Below, piece after piece: positions 1 through 8,977 of a stretch of 64,000 nt of DNA. The notes under the pieces were generated by a model. The model worked only from the letters and a program-made list of their open reading frames with translations, did not search any database and was not told where the DNA came from. A program made the position numbers and the translations under genes. Each line of letters opens with the position of its first letter. The stretch's first letter is position 1. The DNA is from Planctomycetota bacterium (GTDB lineage: Bacteria > Planctomycetota > UBA1135 > UBA2386): the NCBI GenBank assembly GCA_965228735.1, contig OZ245838.1, positions 800,001 to 864,000 of the forward strand, written 5' to 3'.

Positions 1-546
1 GTCGAAGTAGGTCACCTTGAACGACTTGATCCGGTCGTGCACGAGCTGGAACGTGCCCTGGTCGCCCTGCTGGATCAGGTCGCGGTCGACGAGCGGATCT
101 TCGCGGCGGTACATCTCGATGAGATCGCGATACCGCTGGTTGGGCTTGAACCAGTAGCCGACCTCGCAGAGCGACGTGCGCTTCGGGTTGCCGTAGGAAT
201 CGAGCACGTAGCCGACCGAGTCGGTCGTCGTGAGGAAGTCCATGCGGTCGGCCTCGAAGCTGCCGACGTCCATGTCCCGCCCGCGGAAGACCGCGTTGTC
301 GTGCACGTTGAACGTCCACATGCCCTGCAGATCACGCTCGAGCAGGTTGAGGATGCGCGGTCCGGCCTCGGTCGACTCGGACAGCTCCTCGATCGCCTCG
401 CGCGCGTCGAGCATCGCGTGGAACGTCGTGCCCACGGTCAGCATCACCGTGCCGCTGATCGCGATGGCGAGCATGACCTCGACCAGCGTGAAGCCGCGGT
501 CGGTCCGGTTCGTACCCCGGCGTTGCATCATCGTTCTGCCTTGCAT
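1..546 (-). CDS. Type II secretion minor pseudopilin, GspJ-like (3' end runs off the window; not in ORF track)
   Basis: Manual translation MQGRTMMQRRGTNRTDRG|FTLVEVMLAIAISGTVML... shows a prepilin cleavage/N-methylation motif. The ATG overlaps the upstream TGA (TGATG), and it is the fourth gene of a pseudopilin run. Confidence 0.8.
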   Translation of the reverse strand, partial: MQGRTMMQRRGTNRTDRGFTLVEVMLAIAISGTVMLTVGTTFHAMLDAREAIEELSESTEAGPRILNLLERDLQGMWTFNVHDNAVFRGRDMDVGSFEADRMDFLTTTDSVGYVLDSYGNPKRTSLCEVGYWFKPNQRYRDLIEMYRREDPLVDRDLIQQGDQGTFQLVHDRIKSFKVTYFD

Positions 547-1268
547 CAGTTGCCTCCGCTGAATGGGTTGCCGCCGGCTGCGCCCGCCTCGCCGGCGCCG
601 CCGCCTTGGCCGCGCGACGCCGCGACGGCGCTCGCCTGCTCGGGCGTGAGCCCCGAGATCGCGAGCGTGCTGAGCCGCGCCTTGACCATGAGCGCGTCGC
701 GCTGATCCGGGTAGTCGGGGTTGAGCTTGGGGAAGTAGACGATGACGCCGACCTCCTCGAACTCGTCCTCGGTCGGCGCGCGCTCCTCGAGTTCGCGGGC
801 CTGCTGCTCCTCGTAGAGCTGATCCTGATACTCCATGAAGCTCAGGCCCCGCGACTTCGCCCTGCGGTACTGGTCCCGCTCGCGCTGCCACTGGTTCTCC
901 TCGATCGCCTCGCCGTCGTCACCGGCCGCCATGTTCGCGATCTCGGTCTCGGCGTCGGTCACGGCGGTCTCGCCGATCACGATCTTGTAGCTCCAACGCT
1001 CGGCGTACTTCTCCTCGAGCGAGATCTCCGTGCCGGAGTCGGGCGGCACCTCGTGGGAGCCGGCGCGCAGCTCGGACAGCCGTTCGTCCGCGATCTCGCG
1101 CGCGAGCCGCCAGTTGCGGGCGTGGGTCGCGTCGATGAGCGCGGTCGTGCGCACGCCGAGGAACGTCGTCACGACGAGCGCGACGATGCCGAGCGCGACG
1201 AGGGCTTCGAGCAGGGTGAAGCCGGCTTCATCGCCTGCCGATCGCAGAACCTCTGGTCGCTGGCTCAT
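546..1268 (-). CDS. Type II secretion minor pseudopilin, GspI-like
   Basis: C-terminal part of ORF 546..2123. Start MSQRPEVLRSAGDEAG|FTLLEALVALGIVALVV is a prepilin motif; ATG at 1268 overlaps the upstream stop. Confidence 0.8.
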   Translation of the reverse strand: MSQRPEVLRSAGDEAGFTLLEALVALGIVALVVTTFLGVRTTALIDATHARNWRLAREIADERLSELRAGSHEVPPDSGTEISLEEKYAERWSYKIVIGETAVTDAETEIANMAAGDDGEAIEENQWQRERDQYRRAKSRGLSFMEYQDQLYEEQQARELEERAPTEDEFEEVGVIVYFPKLNPDYPDQRDALMVKARLSTLAISGLTPEQASAVAASRGQGGGAGEAGAAGGNPFSGGN

Positions 1269-1840
1269 CAGAATGCTCCTTCGCCGACGTAGGGCGGGTC
1301 GGGGATCTCGCCTTCGCGGCTCTCGTGCACCGAGGTGGCGCCGGTGAGGCCACGCAGTTCGATCGCCCAGATCTCGTTGGGCTCGTCCTCGAGGCGGAGC
1401 ACGATGACCTGGTCGCTCGAGAAGCCGTACTCGTCGAAGCGCACGCGGTAGATGCCGCTCTCCGCGAGCCCGGTCCTGCCGTCGCCGACGCCGGCGAACT
1501 TGACGCCCTTCTCGAGTTCGTTCCACTCGAACCACTTCTCCTCGAGGCTCTGCGGATCCTGATCGAGCGTCAGCCGCATGTCGGCCGGCAGGATCATGCG
1601 CCAGCGCGCCCGATCGAGATCGAGCTCGAGCGACATCTCGCGGCCGCGGATCAGCGCCTCCGAACGCAGATAGTCGAGGCGCCGCAGGATCTGCTTGCCG
1701 CTGCCCTCGAGGCGCGCGCTCGGCACGAGCGCGCCGAGGTTGGGCAGGACCATCGCGAGCAGCAGCGAGATGATCGCCATCGTCACGAGCAGCTCCATCA
1801 ACGTGAAGCCGCTCACGCTCGTTCGCCCGCGAGTTCGCAC
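1268..1840 (-). CDS. Type II secretion minor pseudopilin, GspH/FimT-like
   Basis: MRTRGRTSVSG|FTLMELLVTMAIISLLLAMVLP prepilin motif, then 'LDYLRSEA'; coupled to gspG. Confidence 0.82.
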   Translation of the reverse strand: MRTRGRTSVSGFTLMELLVTMAIISLLLAMVLPNLGALVPSARLEGSGKQILRRLDYLRSEALIRGREMSLELDLDRARWRMILPADMRLTLDQDPQSLEEKWFEWNELEKGVKFAGVGDGRTGLAESGIYRVRFDEYGFSSDQVIVLRLEDEPNEIWAIELRGLTGATSVHESREGEIPDPPYVGEGAF

Positions 1841-2244
1841 TACTCCTTCGACTTGCGCGAAGAGATGTCGTCCTCGTCGCCCTCGATGCCGTTCGGGCCG
1901 CAGCTGATGACCTCGAAGTCCTTGCTGGTCTCGCCGCGCAGGATGAACTCGTTGCTCCAGGGGTCCGTCTCGAGCGACTCGATGTAGGAACGGCCACCGT
2001 CGTCGCCGCCGACGAGGTCCTCGAGCGTATCCGGCAGGCGACCCTGCTCGGCGTAGTACAGCTTGATCGCGTCGGCGATCGCGCGCGCGCTGGTCTGCGC
2101 CGTCTTCGCGCGGGCTTCGTCACTCGCGCCGATGACGTTGGTCGCGACCATGGTCGCGAGCAGGCCCAGGATCACGATCACCACCATGATCTCGACGAGG
2201 GTGAAGCCGGCTTGCGCCCGGCGGTCGTTCTTGTGCGTTTTCAT
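1840..2244 (-). CDS. gspG: Type II secretion major pseudopilin GspG
   Basis: MKTHKNDRRAQAG|FTLVEIMVVIVILGLLA, followed by DPWSNEF...ISCGPNGIEGDEDDI, typical GspG C-terminal motifs. Confidence 0.9.
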   Translation of the reverse strand: MKTHKNDRRAQAGFTLVEIMVVIVILGLLATMVATNVIGASDEARAKTAQTSARAIADAIKLYYAEQGRLPDTLEDLVGGDDGGRSYIESLETDPWSNEFILRGETSKDFEVISCGPNGIEGDEDDISSRKSKE

Positions 2245-2406
2245 AGATTCGATATCCACGCTCCAGTCTACCGCATGGGTCTGGTGAACCGTATCGGTCG
2301 TTCGGAGCCAGTTCTTGGACGGACCAGTCCCCGTGGTCTTCCGGGTGTTTCGGGAGAACGAAGGGACCATGGCATCGGGCCGCTCGGCCCGCGATGATCG
2401 CCGCCG

Positions 2407-4470
2407 ATGCGGAAGCCCATGATCATAACCTTCGTAGCCGGGGCGCTCGTCGCCCTGTCCGGCGGATTCGGCACCGGCCTGCGGGCCCAGCGCCCGATGA
2501 CGCCGGAGGACCTCGCCACGCTGTCCCGGGTCGGCGGGCTCACGCAGAGCCCGGACGGCAGCCGCCTGCTGTTCACGGTCCGGACGCCCGATCTCGCCGA
2601 GAACCGCAGCGCCGGCGCCGTCTACCACCTGCTCACGGACCTGTCGGAGCCGCCGATCCAGGTCGCGCCGGGCGGTTCGCCCGCGTTCGTCCGGAACGCG
2701 TTCTCGGCGATCGACGGCGGCAGCCTGCTGCGGATCCCGCTCGCGCCGGTGGTCGATTCCGCGCCTCGGGTCGAGGAGTTCGAGCTGCCGGCCGGCGCGA
2801 TCAACGTGCAGTGGTCGCCGACGGGCACCCACATCGCGTTCACCAGGAGCGTGGTCCTCGACCCGCCCGTGACGACCCAGCACAGCGATCTGCCCGCGGC
2901 CAACGCGCGGGCCTACGACGATCTCATGGTGCGCCACTGGGACACCTGGAACGACGGCAGCTTCAGCCACCTGTTCGTGCAGCGGCTCGGGGCCGACCCG
3001 GTCGATCTCATGGCCGGCGAACGGGTGCACACGCCGTTGCCGCCGTTCGGCGGGGCCGAGCAGATCGCGTGGTCGCCGGACGGCAAGGAACTCTGCTACA
3101 CCGCGCGGCGGGTCGGCAACCCCGAGGCGAGCACGGATAGCCAGCTCTGGATCGTGCCGGCGACCGGTGGCGAGCATCGCTGCATCACGAAGGCCAACCC
3201 GGGCTACGACGTCGAGCCGGTCTACTCGCCGGACGGGCGTTGGATCGCCTACTCGTCGATGGCGCGCGACGGCTACGAGAGCGATCGCAACCGCGTGATG
3301 CTGCACGACCGGCAGAGCGGCAAGAATCACGAGCTGCTGCCGAAGTTCGACGCGTCGCCGCACGAGCTCACGTGGCGGGCCGACAGCGGCGCGCTGTTCT
3401 TCACCGTCGACACGCGCGGCACCACGCAGCTCTACATGTGCAAGGTGGACGAGAACGGCACCCCGACGGACCCCGTGCCCGTCACCAAGGGGCGGCGGCG
3501 GCTCTCGAGTCCGGCCGTGCATCCCGATGGCAGCAAGGTCTACTGCCTGCAGACCATGACCGAGCGCGCGGCCGAGGTCGTCGAGGTCACCGTCGCGAGC
3601 GGGGCGGTGCGGACGATCACCGACGTCAACGGTCCGGCCTACGCGAAGTTCGCGCCGATCACCGTCGACGAGGAGTGGTTCGAGGCGACGGACGGGGAGA
3701 AGATCCACAGCTGGATCGTCAAGCCGCCGGGCTTCGACGAGAGCAAGAAGTACCCGTTCATCCTCTACTGCCAGGGCGGGCCGCAGAGCCAGGTCGGGCA
3801 GTGGTACTCGTTCCGCTGGAACTTCCACCTGATGGCGTCCCAGGGCTACGTCGTCGCGGCGGTCAACCGGCGCGGGCTGCCGGGTTTCGGCACGAAGTGG
3901 AACGAGCAGATCTCGCGCGACTGGGGCGGTCAGGCGATGCAGGACCTGCTGTCGGTCTGCGATGCGATGCAGGCGCGCGACTACATCGACGAGGAGCGCA
4001 CGGCCGCGGTCGGCGCGAGCTTCGGCGGCTACACGGTCTACTGGCTCATGGGCAACGGACACCTTCGGAACGGCGGTGATCGCTTCGCGTGCATGATCTC
4101 GCACTGCGGTGTGTTCAACCTCGAGAGCATGTACCTCTCGACCGAGGAGCTGTTCTTCGTGAACTGGGACCTCGGCGGACCGTTCTGGAAGTCGCCGGAG
4201 ATCGCGGCCGACTACCGCCGCTTCTCGCCGCATCGCTACATCGAGAACTGGCGCACGCCGCTGCTCGTGATCCACGGCGAGAAGGACTTCCGCGTGCCGT
4301 ACGAGCAAGGTTTGCAGGCGTTCACCGCGGCCCAGATCATGGGCGTGGAGAGCCGGATGCTGACGTTCCCAGAGGAGGGGCACTGGGTGCTGTCGCCGCA
4401 GAACGGCGTGCTCTGGAGCCGTGAGTTCTATGCCTGGCTGGATCGGTTCTGCAAGCAGGAGGAGAAGTGA
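2407..4470 (+). CDS. S9 family (acylaminoacyl/dipeptidyl) peptidase, exported, with PD40-like propeller repeats
   Basis: Signal peptide; WSPDG repeats; GASFGG nucleophile; HGEKDFRVP and EGHWVL catalytic D/H motifs. Confidence 0.92.
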   Translation: MRKPMIITFVAGALVALSGGFGTGLRAQRPMTPEDLATLSRVGGLTQSPDGSRLLFTVRTPDLAENRSAGAVYHLLTDLSEPPIQVAPGGSPAFVRNAFSAIDGGSLLRIPLAPVVDSAPRVEEFELPAGAINVQWSPTGTHIAFTRSVVLDPPVTTQHSDLPAANARAYDDLMVRHWDTWNDGSFSHLFVQRLGADPVDLMAGERVHTPLPPFGGAEQIAWSPDGKELCYTARRVGNPEASTDSQLWIVPATGGEHRCITKANPGYDVEPVYSPDGRWIAYSSMARDGYESDRNRVMLHDRQSGKNHELLPKFDASPHELTWRADSGALFFTVDTRGTTQLYMCKVDENGTPTDPVPVTKGRRRLSSPAVHPDGSKVYCLQTMTERAAEVVEVTVASGAVRTITDVNGPAYAKFAPITVDEEWFEATDGEKIHSWIVKPPGFDESKKYPFILYCQGGPQSQVGQWYSFRWNFHLMASQGYVVAAVNRRGLPGFGTKWNEQISRDWGGQAMQDLLSVCDAMQARDYIDEERTAAVGASFGGYTVYWLMGNGHLRNGGDRFACMISHCGVFNLESMYLSTEELFFVNWDLGGPFWKSPEIAADYRRFSPHRYIENWRTPLLVIHGEKDFRVPYEQGLQAFTAAQIMGVESRMLTFPEEGHWVLSPQNGVLWSREFYAWLDRFCKQEEK

Positions 4471-6539
4471 TGCTGCGTTCGTCCTGGTCGTCCCTCGCGC
4501 TCGTTCTGCTCGCGTTGCCGTTCGCGGGCTGCTGGTCCGCGGCCGACGGGGCCCCGGTGCTCGATGACGTGACCAACGGCGAAGAACGGTCGATGCAGCC
4601 GGGCGAGGTCGCGGCCGACGGTCGCCGCTACCTGCTCGACCGCGTCGACCAGACCCAGATCGTGCAGCTCTACGCCGACGGGTTCGAGCGGCTGTCGCTG
4701 CGCGACAAGCAGCTGGCCTACCACCTATCGCAAGCTGCGGTCGCCGGGCGTGACATCTTCCTCGACCAGCGGTTCGAGTACACGCTCGCGCTGCGCTGGA
4801 TCCTCGAGTCGATGTATCTCGTGCGCTACGACCTGCCGACGAACGTGCGCGTCGAGATCGAGCGCTACTGCAAGCTGTTCTGGGTGCACTCGGGCATCCA
4901 CGACAACCTGACGACGCAGAAGCGATTGCTGAACCTGACCTGGGATGAGTTCAGGATCGCGTGCGAGGCCGCCGATGCGGCGGGCCACGCGCTCGGGGCC
5001 AACGAGATCAAGCCGCTGCGGGATCTGCGCCACGCGTTCACCGTGATGACGGATCCGACGACCTACGTCTCCGTCACCGACAAGAGCACCGAGGGCGGCA
5101 ACGATCCGGTCGCTGCGAGCTGCAACAACCTCTACGTCGACGTCACGAGCGCGGACCTCGAGGGCTTCGAGGAGCAGAACGGCCTCAACTCGCGCCTCGT
5201 CAAGGCGAACGGCATGCTCGAGGAGCAGGTCTATCGGGCCGGTGACGGCCGCCACCATGCACCGGGTCGCTACTCGCCGCAGCTCGCCGCGGTCAACGAG
5301 CACCTGCGCCACGCGCTGGCCGTCGCGCCGCTACCGACGCGCAAGGCCCTGCAGCACCTGATCCGCTACAACGAGACCGGGCTCATCGAGGACTGGCGGC
5401 AGTTCAACATCGCGTGGGTCCAGGACACCGACAGCGTCGTCGACTTCATCCTCGGCTTCGTCGAGGTCTACATGGATGCGCGCGGCATCAAGGGCAGCTG
5501 GGAAGCCGTCGTGAGCTATCGCGACGAGGCCAAGACGCGCGCGATCGCGGAACTCGCCGAAGAGGCGTCGTGGTTCGAGGCGCGGATGCCGTGGGACGAA
5601 CGCTTCAAGAAGGCGGACGTCAAGGGCATCTCGGCGCGCGCGATCAACGTGATCATGGAGACGGGCGACAGCGGGCCGATCACGCCGATCGGGATCAACC
5701 TGCCCAACGAGGCCGACATCCGCCAGGACTACGGCAGCAAGTCGGTCAACCTGGCCAACGTCGTCGCGACCTACGATCTCGTCGCTTCGGCCGGGACCGT
5801 CTCCGAGTTCGCCTTCACCCCCGAAGAGGCCGACCGCGCCCGCCGCTACGGCTCCGCGATGGACGACATGCACACCAACCTGCACGAGGTCGTCGGCCAC
5901 GCGTCGGGGCAGGTGCTGCCCGAGGTCGAGAACCCGGCGCAGCTCCTCGGGCTCTATTACAGCACGCTCGAGGAGGCGCGCGCCGACCTCGTGGGGCTCT
6001 ATTGGATCGCCGATCCGAAGCTGAAGTCGATGGGGCTCGTGCCGAACGACGACGCCGTGCTCGCGAAGTACGAGGCCTACAGCCGCAACGCGCTCGTGCA
6101 GCTGCGGCGTGTGCCGAAGGGCCATCGCATCGAGGAGGACCACATGCGCAACCGGCAGCTCGTCGTGTTGTGGCTGCTGGCGAACGACGGCGGCGTGCAC
6201 GTCGAGCGGCGGGACGGCAAGACGTTCTACGTGGTGGACTCGGCCGAGCAGTATCGGAAGAAGTGCGGCGAGCTGCTGGCCGAGATCATGCGCATCAAGG
6301 CCGAGGGCGACTTCAAGGCCGGCAAGGCGCTCGTCGAGACCTTCGGCACCAAGGTCGACCCCGCGCTGCACGACGAGGTGCTCGCGCGCATCGAGTCGCT
6401 GAACCTCGCGTCGGTCACGGGGTTCGTCCAGCCCGAGCTGCGGCTCGTGACGACGCCAGGCGGCCGGGTGCTCGACGTCGAGGTGTTCCACTGCCAGGAC
6501 CTCGCCGACCAGATGCTGCGGTGGAGCGGCCGGCGATGA
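4470..6539 (+). CDS. Dipeptidyl-peptidase III (M49) lipoprotein
   Basis: HEVVGH hexapeptide zinc motif, EEARAD motif, GINLPN; lipobox-like FAGC; start overlaps the S9 gene stop. Confidence 0.9.
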   Translation: MLRSSWSSLALVLLALPFAGCWSAADGAPVLDDVTNGEERSMQPGEVAADGRRYLLDRVDQTQIVQLYADGFERLSLRDKQLAYHLSQAAVAGRDIFLDQRFEYTLALRWILESMYLVRYDLPTNVRVEIERYCKLFWVHSGIHDNLTTQKRLLNLTWDEFRIACEAADAAGHALGANEIKPLRDLRHAFTVMTDPTTYVSVTDKSTEGGNDPVAASCNNLYVDVTSADLEGFEEQNGLNSRLVKANGMLEEQVYRAGDGRHHAPGRYSPQLAAVNEHLRHALAVAPLPTRKALQHLIRYNETGLIEDWRQFNIAWVQDTDSVVDFILGFVEVYMDARGIKGSWEAVVSYRDEAKTRAIAELAEEASWFEARMPWDERFKKADVKGISARAINVIMETGDSGPITPIGINLPNEADIRQDYGSKSVNLANVVATYDLVASAGTVSEFAFTPEEADRARRYGSAMDDMHTNLHEVVGHASGQVLPEVENPAQLLGLYYSTLEEARADLVGLYWIADPKLKSMGLVPNDDAVLAKYEAYSRNALVQLRRVPKGHRIEEDHMRNRQLVVLWLLANDGGVHVERRDGKTFYVVDSAEQYRKKCGELLAEIMRIKAEGDFKAGKALVETFGTKVDPALHDEVLARIESLNLASVTGFVQPELRLVTTPGGRVLDVEVFHCQDLADQMLRWSGRR

Positions 6540-7435
6540 GACCTGTCGGTCTGCTCGCCGTCGCGTTAGCCGGCCTGGCCGCGTGCTCGAGCCCGCGCTG
6601 GCAGACCGACATCGCGCGGGCGTTGTCCGACTCCCGCGCCGCCTCGCAGGATCTCGTCGTCTACTTCAAGCTCGACGGCCGCGCGGCGAGCGACCGGATG
6701 ACGACGTGGCTCGACGATCCGGCGGTGCTCGCGGCGCTCGCGGACGGTGGGTTCGCCGCTGTCATCGTCGACGGCTTCGCGCGCAAGAACCTCTACGGCG
6801 AGTGGATCGGCGGCGGGGAAGGCATGGGTATCGCGGTGCTGGACGGTGCCGGCGAGGTCTACGCGGCCCGTCCCGGGCCGCAGGATCCGCCCGAGCTCGC
6901 GGCGTTCCTCGCGATGTGCGCCGCGGCGCGAGAACCGCTGGCAGAAGCCCGCGCGGCGATGGCCACGAGCGCCGGTCCGGCCGAGAAGCACGCGCTCGGC
7001 GTGATCCTGCTCGACCTCGGCTGCCGCGTTCGCTGCGAGAAGCTGCTCATCGACGCCGCGCTCGCCGGCATGAACGACGCGCGCCATCGGCTCGCGCGCC
7101 TCTACGCCCTGGACGGCAACGTCATCAAGGCGCGCCGTTGGCTGCAGGACGTTCACCCGACGGTGGCCGCGCGCGTGACCGAGGGCTACGTGCTCTACAA
7201 GGAACGGCGCTATCACGAGGCCGCGACGGTCCTCGGTGAGCTCCTGGATCAGGACCTCGGCCGGGATCGCCAGCGCGTCCTGCTCTACTACGGCAAGGCG
7301 TTGCACTACGACCAGCGCGACACGCAGGCGCTCCCCGTCCTCGATGCCCTGAGCAAGGAAGGCACTGGCTCCACGTTCGAAGCCGCCGCCCTCCACATGC
7401 TCGCCCACATCAACGACCCGAGCCACGAACACTGA
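6536..7435 (+). CDS. Lipoprotein with degenerate thioredoxin-like N-domain and TPR-like C-terminus
   Basis: MRPVGLLAVALAGLAA|C lipobox; ATGA overlap with the M49 gene; helical repeat pattern; no CxxC. Confidence 0.65.
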   Translation: MRPVGLLAVALAGLAACSSPRWQTDIARALSDSRAASQDLVVYFKLDGRAASDRMTTWLDDPAVLAALADGGFAAVIVDGFARKNLYGEWIGGGEGMGIAVLDGAGEVYAARPGPQDPPELAAFLAMCAAAREPLAEARAAMATSAGPAEKHALGVILLDLGCRVRCEKLLIDAALAGMNDARHRLARLYALDGNVIKARRWLQDVHPTVAARVTEGYVLYKERRYHEAATVLGELLDQDLGRDRQRVLLYYGKALHYDQRDTQALPVLDALSKEGTGSTFEAAALHMLAHINDPSHEH

Positions 7436-7444
7436 CGCGAGAGT

Positions 7445-7557
7445 GGCGGTACCGAACCCGTTTCGATTCCGCCACCCGCGCGATGACGCAACTCCTGGCG
7501 GGGCGGGTATGTCGGTCGGCGTTGCGATGGCGGCAACGAAGCGGGTTCGCTACCGCC
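7445..7557. repeat. Imperfect 30-bp inverted repeat, REP-doublet (REPIN)-like
   Basis: 7445-7474 matches the reverse complement of 7528-7557 at 26/30. Each arm is GTA(G/C) followed by an internal CGAA-N5-TTCG palindrome. It lies between convergent genes. Confidence 0.7.
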
Positions 7558-7558
7558 G

Positions 7559-7960
7559 TCAGTCGCCGGTCGGGTTCTGGGTGAGCTCCCAGATCGCCCA
7601 GATCGCGATGACGCTCATCAGGCCGAGCGCGATGTAGAGCCAGAAGTCGCGGCCGTTGGTCTCCGTCTCGACCGGTTCGAGGTCGGTCGGACCGGCGGCG
7701 AGCGCCTGGGCTTCGAGGTCGGCATCGTCGATCTGGACCTCGCCGAGCACGGCCTTGGCCCGCTCGAGGTGGTCGGCGCGGACCTTCACCTGCGTGCCCG
7801 CGAGGTTCATGATCTGGCGGCTGACGGCAAACTCGTCGGACAGGGTCCCGCCGTCGACGTAGGCAGGGATGCCCTCGGCTTCGAGCAACGCCTTGAAGAG
7901 TTTGGCCTCCGTGGGCGAGGTGGCGACGCGGGCCGTGGCGAGTTCGAAGGACTCCGGCAT
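7559..7960 (-). CDS. DUF2007-like putative signal-transducing protein with C-terminal TM helix
   Basis: EAKLFKALLEAEGIPAYV...QVKVRADHLERAKAVL pattern; C-terminal hydrophobic helix; TATGCT 6 nt upstream of the ATG. Confidence 0.75.
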   Translation of the reverse strand: MPESFELATARVATSPTEAKLFKALLEAEGIPAYVDGGTLSDEFAVSRQIMNLAGTQVKVRADHLERAKAVLGEVQIDDADLEAQALAAGPTDLEPVETETNGRDFWLYIALGLMSVIAIWAIWELTQNPTGD

Positions 7961-7988
7961 GGGCGCAGCATACCCGCCGATCGGCGAC

Positions 7989-8765
7989 TCAGGAACCGGC
8001 GGCGGCCGGGGCCTTGGTCTTCTGGTTGTGCGCCGCCTCGAGCAGCATTTCGGTCGTGTTGATCGCGGTGCGCTTCGCGATGTTGCTGATCGAGCCTTCG
8101 GTGAACGTGAATTGCGCACCCTGCAAGGCGAACGCGGATTCGAAGATCCGCCGCACCTGCGCGTCGAGCGCGTTCAGCAGGTCGCCCTCCGTGACCGTCG
8201 CGTTCTCGACGAGGTGGTCGCCGAGCAGCGCGTTCGCCGCGGCGCTCGAGTCGAGGTTCTGCTGCAGCTGATCCTCGGTGAGCGTGTTCTGCGCCACGAG
8301 GATCGTGCCGAGCCGCAGGTCGGGATCGGACTTGGTCGTGACGGCGTGGACGACCTTGCCGTCCTGGAACTCGAACGCGAACATCTCGTCCTCGAGCCGC
8401 AGGGTCAGCGTGCCGGTCTTGTGCATCGAGCTCAGCGTGCTGACGAGGTCGGGCACGTCGAGGAAGTCGGTCGTGCCGCGCAGCGTCGAGCCGACCTGCG
8501 TGGCGACCTTCGGCGGCTCGGCGGCTTGCGCCGCGGGCGTGGCCGCCGCGACGATCTCCTCGACGGCGTTGGTGAGCTCGAGCATACGCTCGAGCTTGTC
8601 CTTCACCTCGGCCATCAGCGGCTGCAGCCCGGTCAGCGCGGAGGCGTCATCGACGCACTGGTGTTTGGCCTGGCGGATGAGCTCTTCGAGCGCGAGTGCC
8701 CCGGCTTCGACCGGGCGTAGGCCAGAGAAGACTTGGAGTTGTGTATTCGATGCAGGTGTGGCCAT
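7989..8765 (-). CDS. DUF4388 (PATAN-like) domain protein
   Basis: LRGTTDFLDVPDLVSTLSSMHKTGTLTL...FQDGKVVHA...RLGTILV...LLGDHLV pattern; N-terminal coiled region. Confidence 0.8.
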   Translation of the reverse strand: MATPASNTQLQVFSGLRPVEAGALALEELIRQAKHQCVDDASALTGLQPLMAEVKDKLERMLELTNAVEEIVAAATPAAQAAEPPKVATQVGSTLRGTTDFLDVPDLVSTLSSMHKTGTLTLRLEDEMFAFEFQDGKVVHAVTTKSDPDLRLGTILVAQNTLTEDQLQQNLDSSAAANALLGDHLVENATVTEGDLLNALDAQVRRIFESAFALQGAQFTFTEGSISNIAKRTAINTTEMLLEAAHNQKTKAPAAAGS

Positions 8766-8859
8766 GCGGCGTCTCCGTCGTGTGGTCTTCCCGCCTTCGG
8801 AACGATGGGCGCCGGACCATGAGGAGCACCCCGAATCCCCGTCCCGATCCGAGACTGCC

Positions 8860-8942
8860 CCGTACGGCACCTGGTTCATCCTGCCGGCCAGCCCGCGGCT
8901 CCGCCGCGGGCTGGCCGGCAGGATGAACCAGGTACCGTACGG
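8860..8942. repeat. Near-perfect 40-bp inverted repeat with 3-nt loop
   Basis: 8860-8899 pairs with 8903-8942 at 39/40; loop TCC. Confidence 0.9.
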
Positions 8943-8977
8943 CCGCTCAGCCGAGGTACCGTACGGGCGCTCAGCCG
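8930..8977. repeat. 24-nt direct repeat x2 overlapping the tilS stop codon
   Basis: aggtaccgtacgg(c/g)cgctcagccg at 8930-8953 and 8954-8977 (23/24 identical). Confidence 0.85.
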
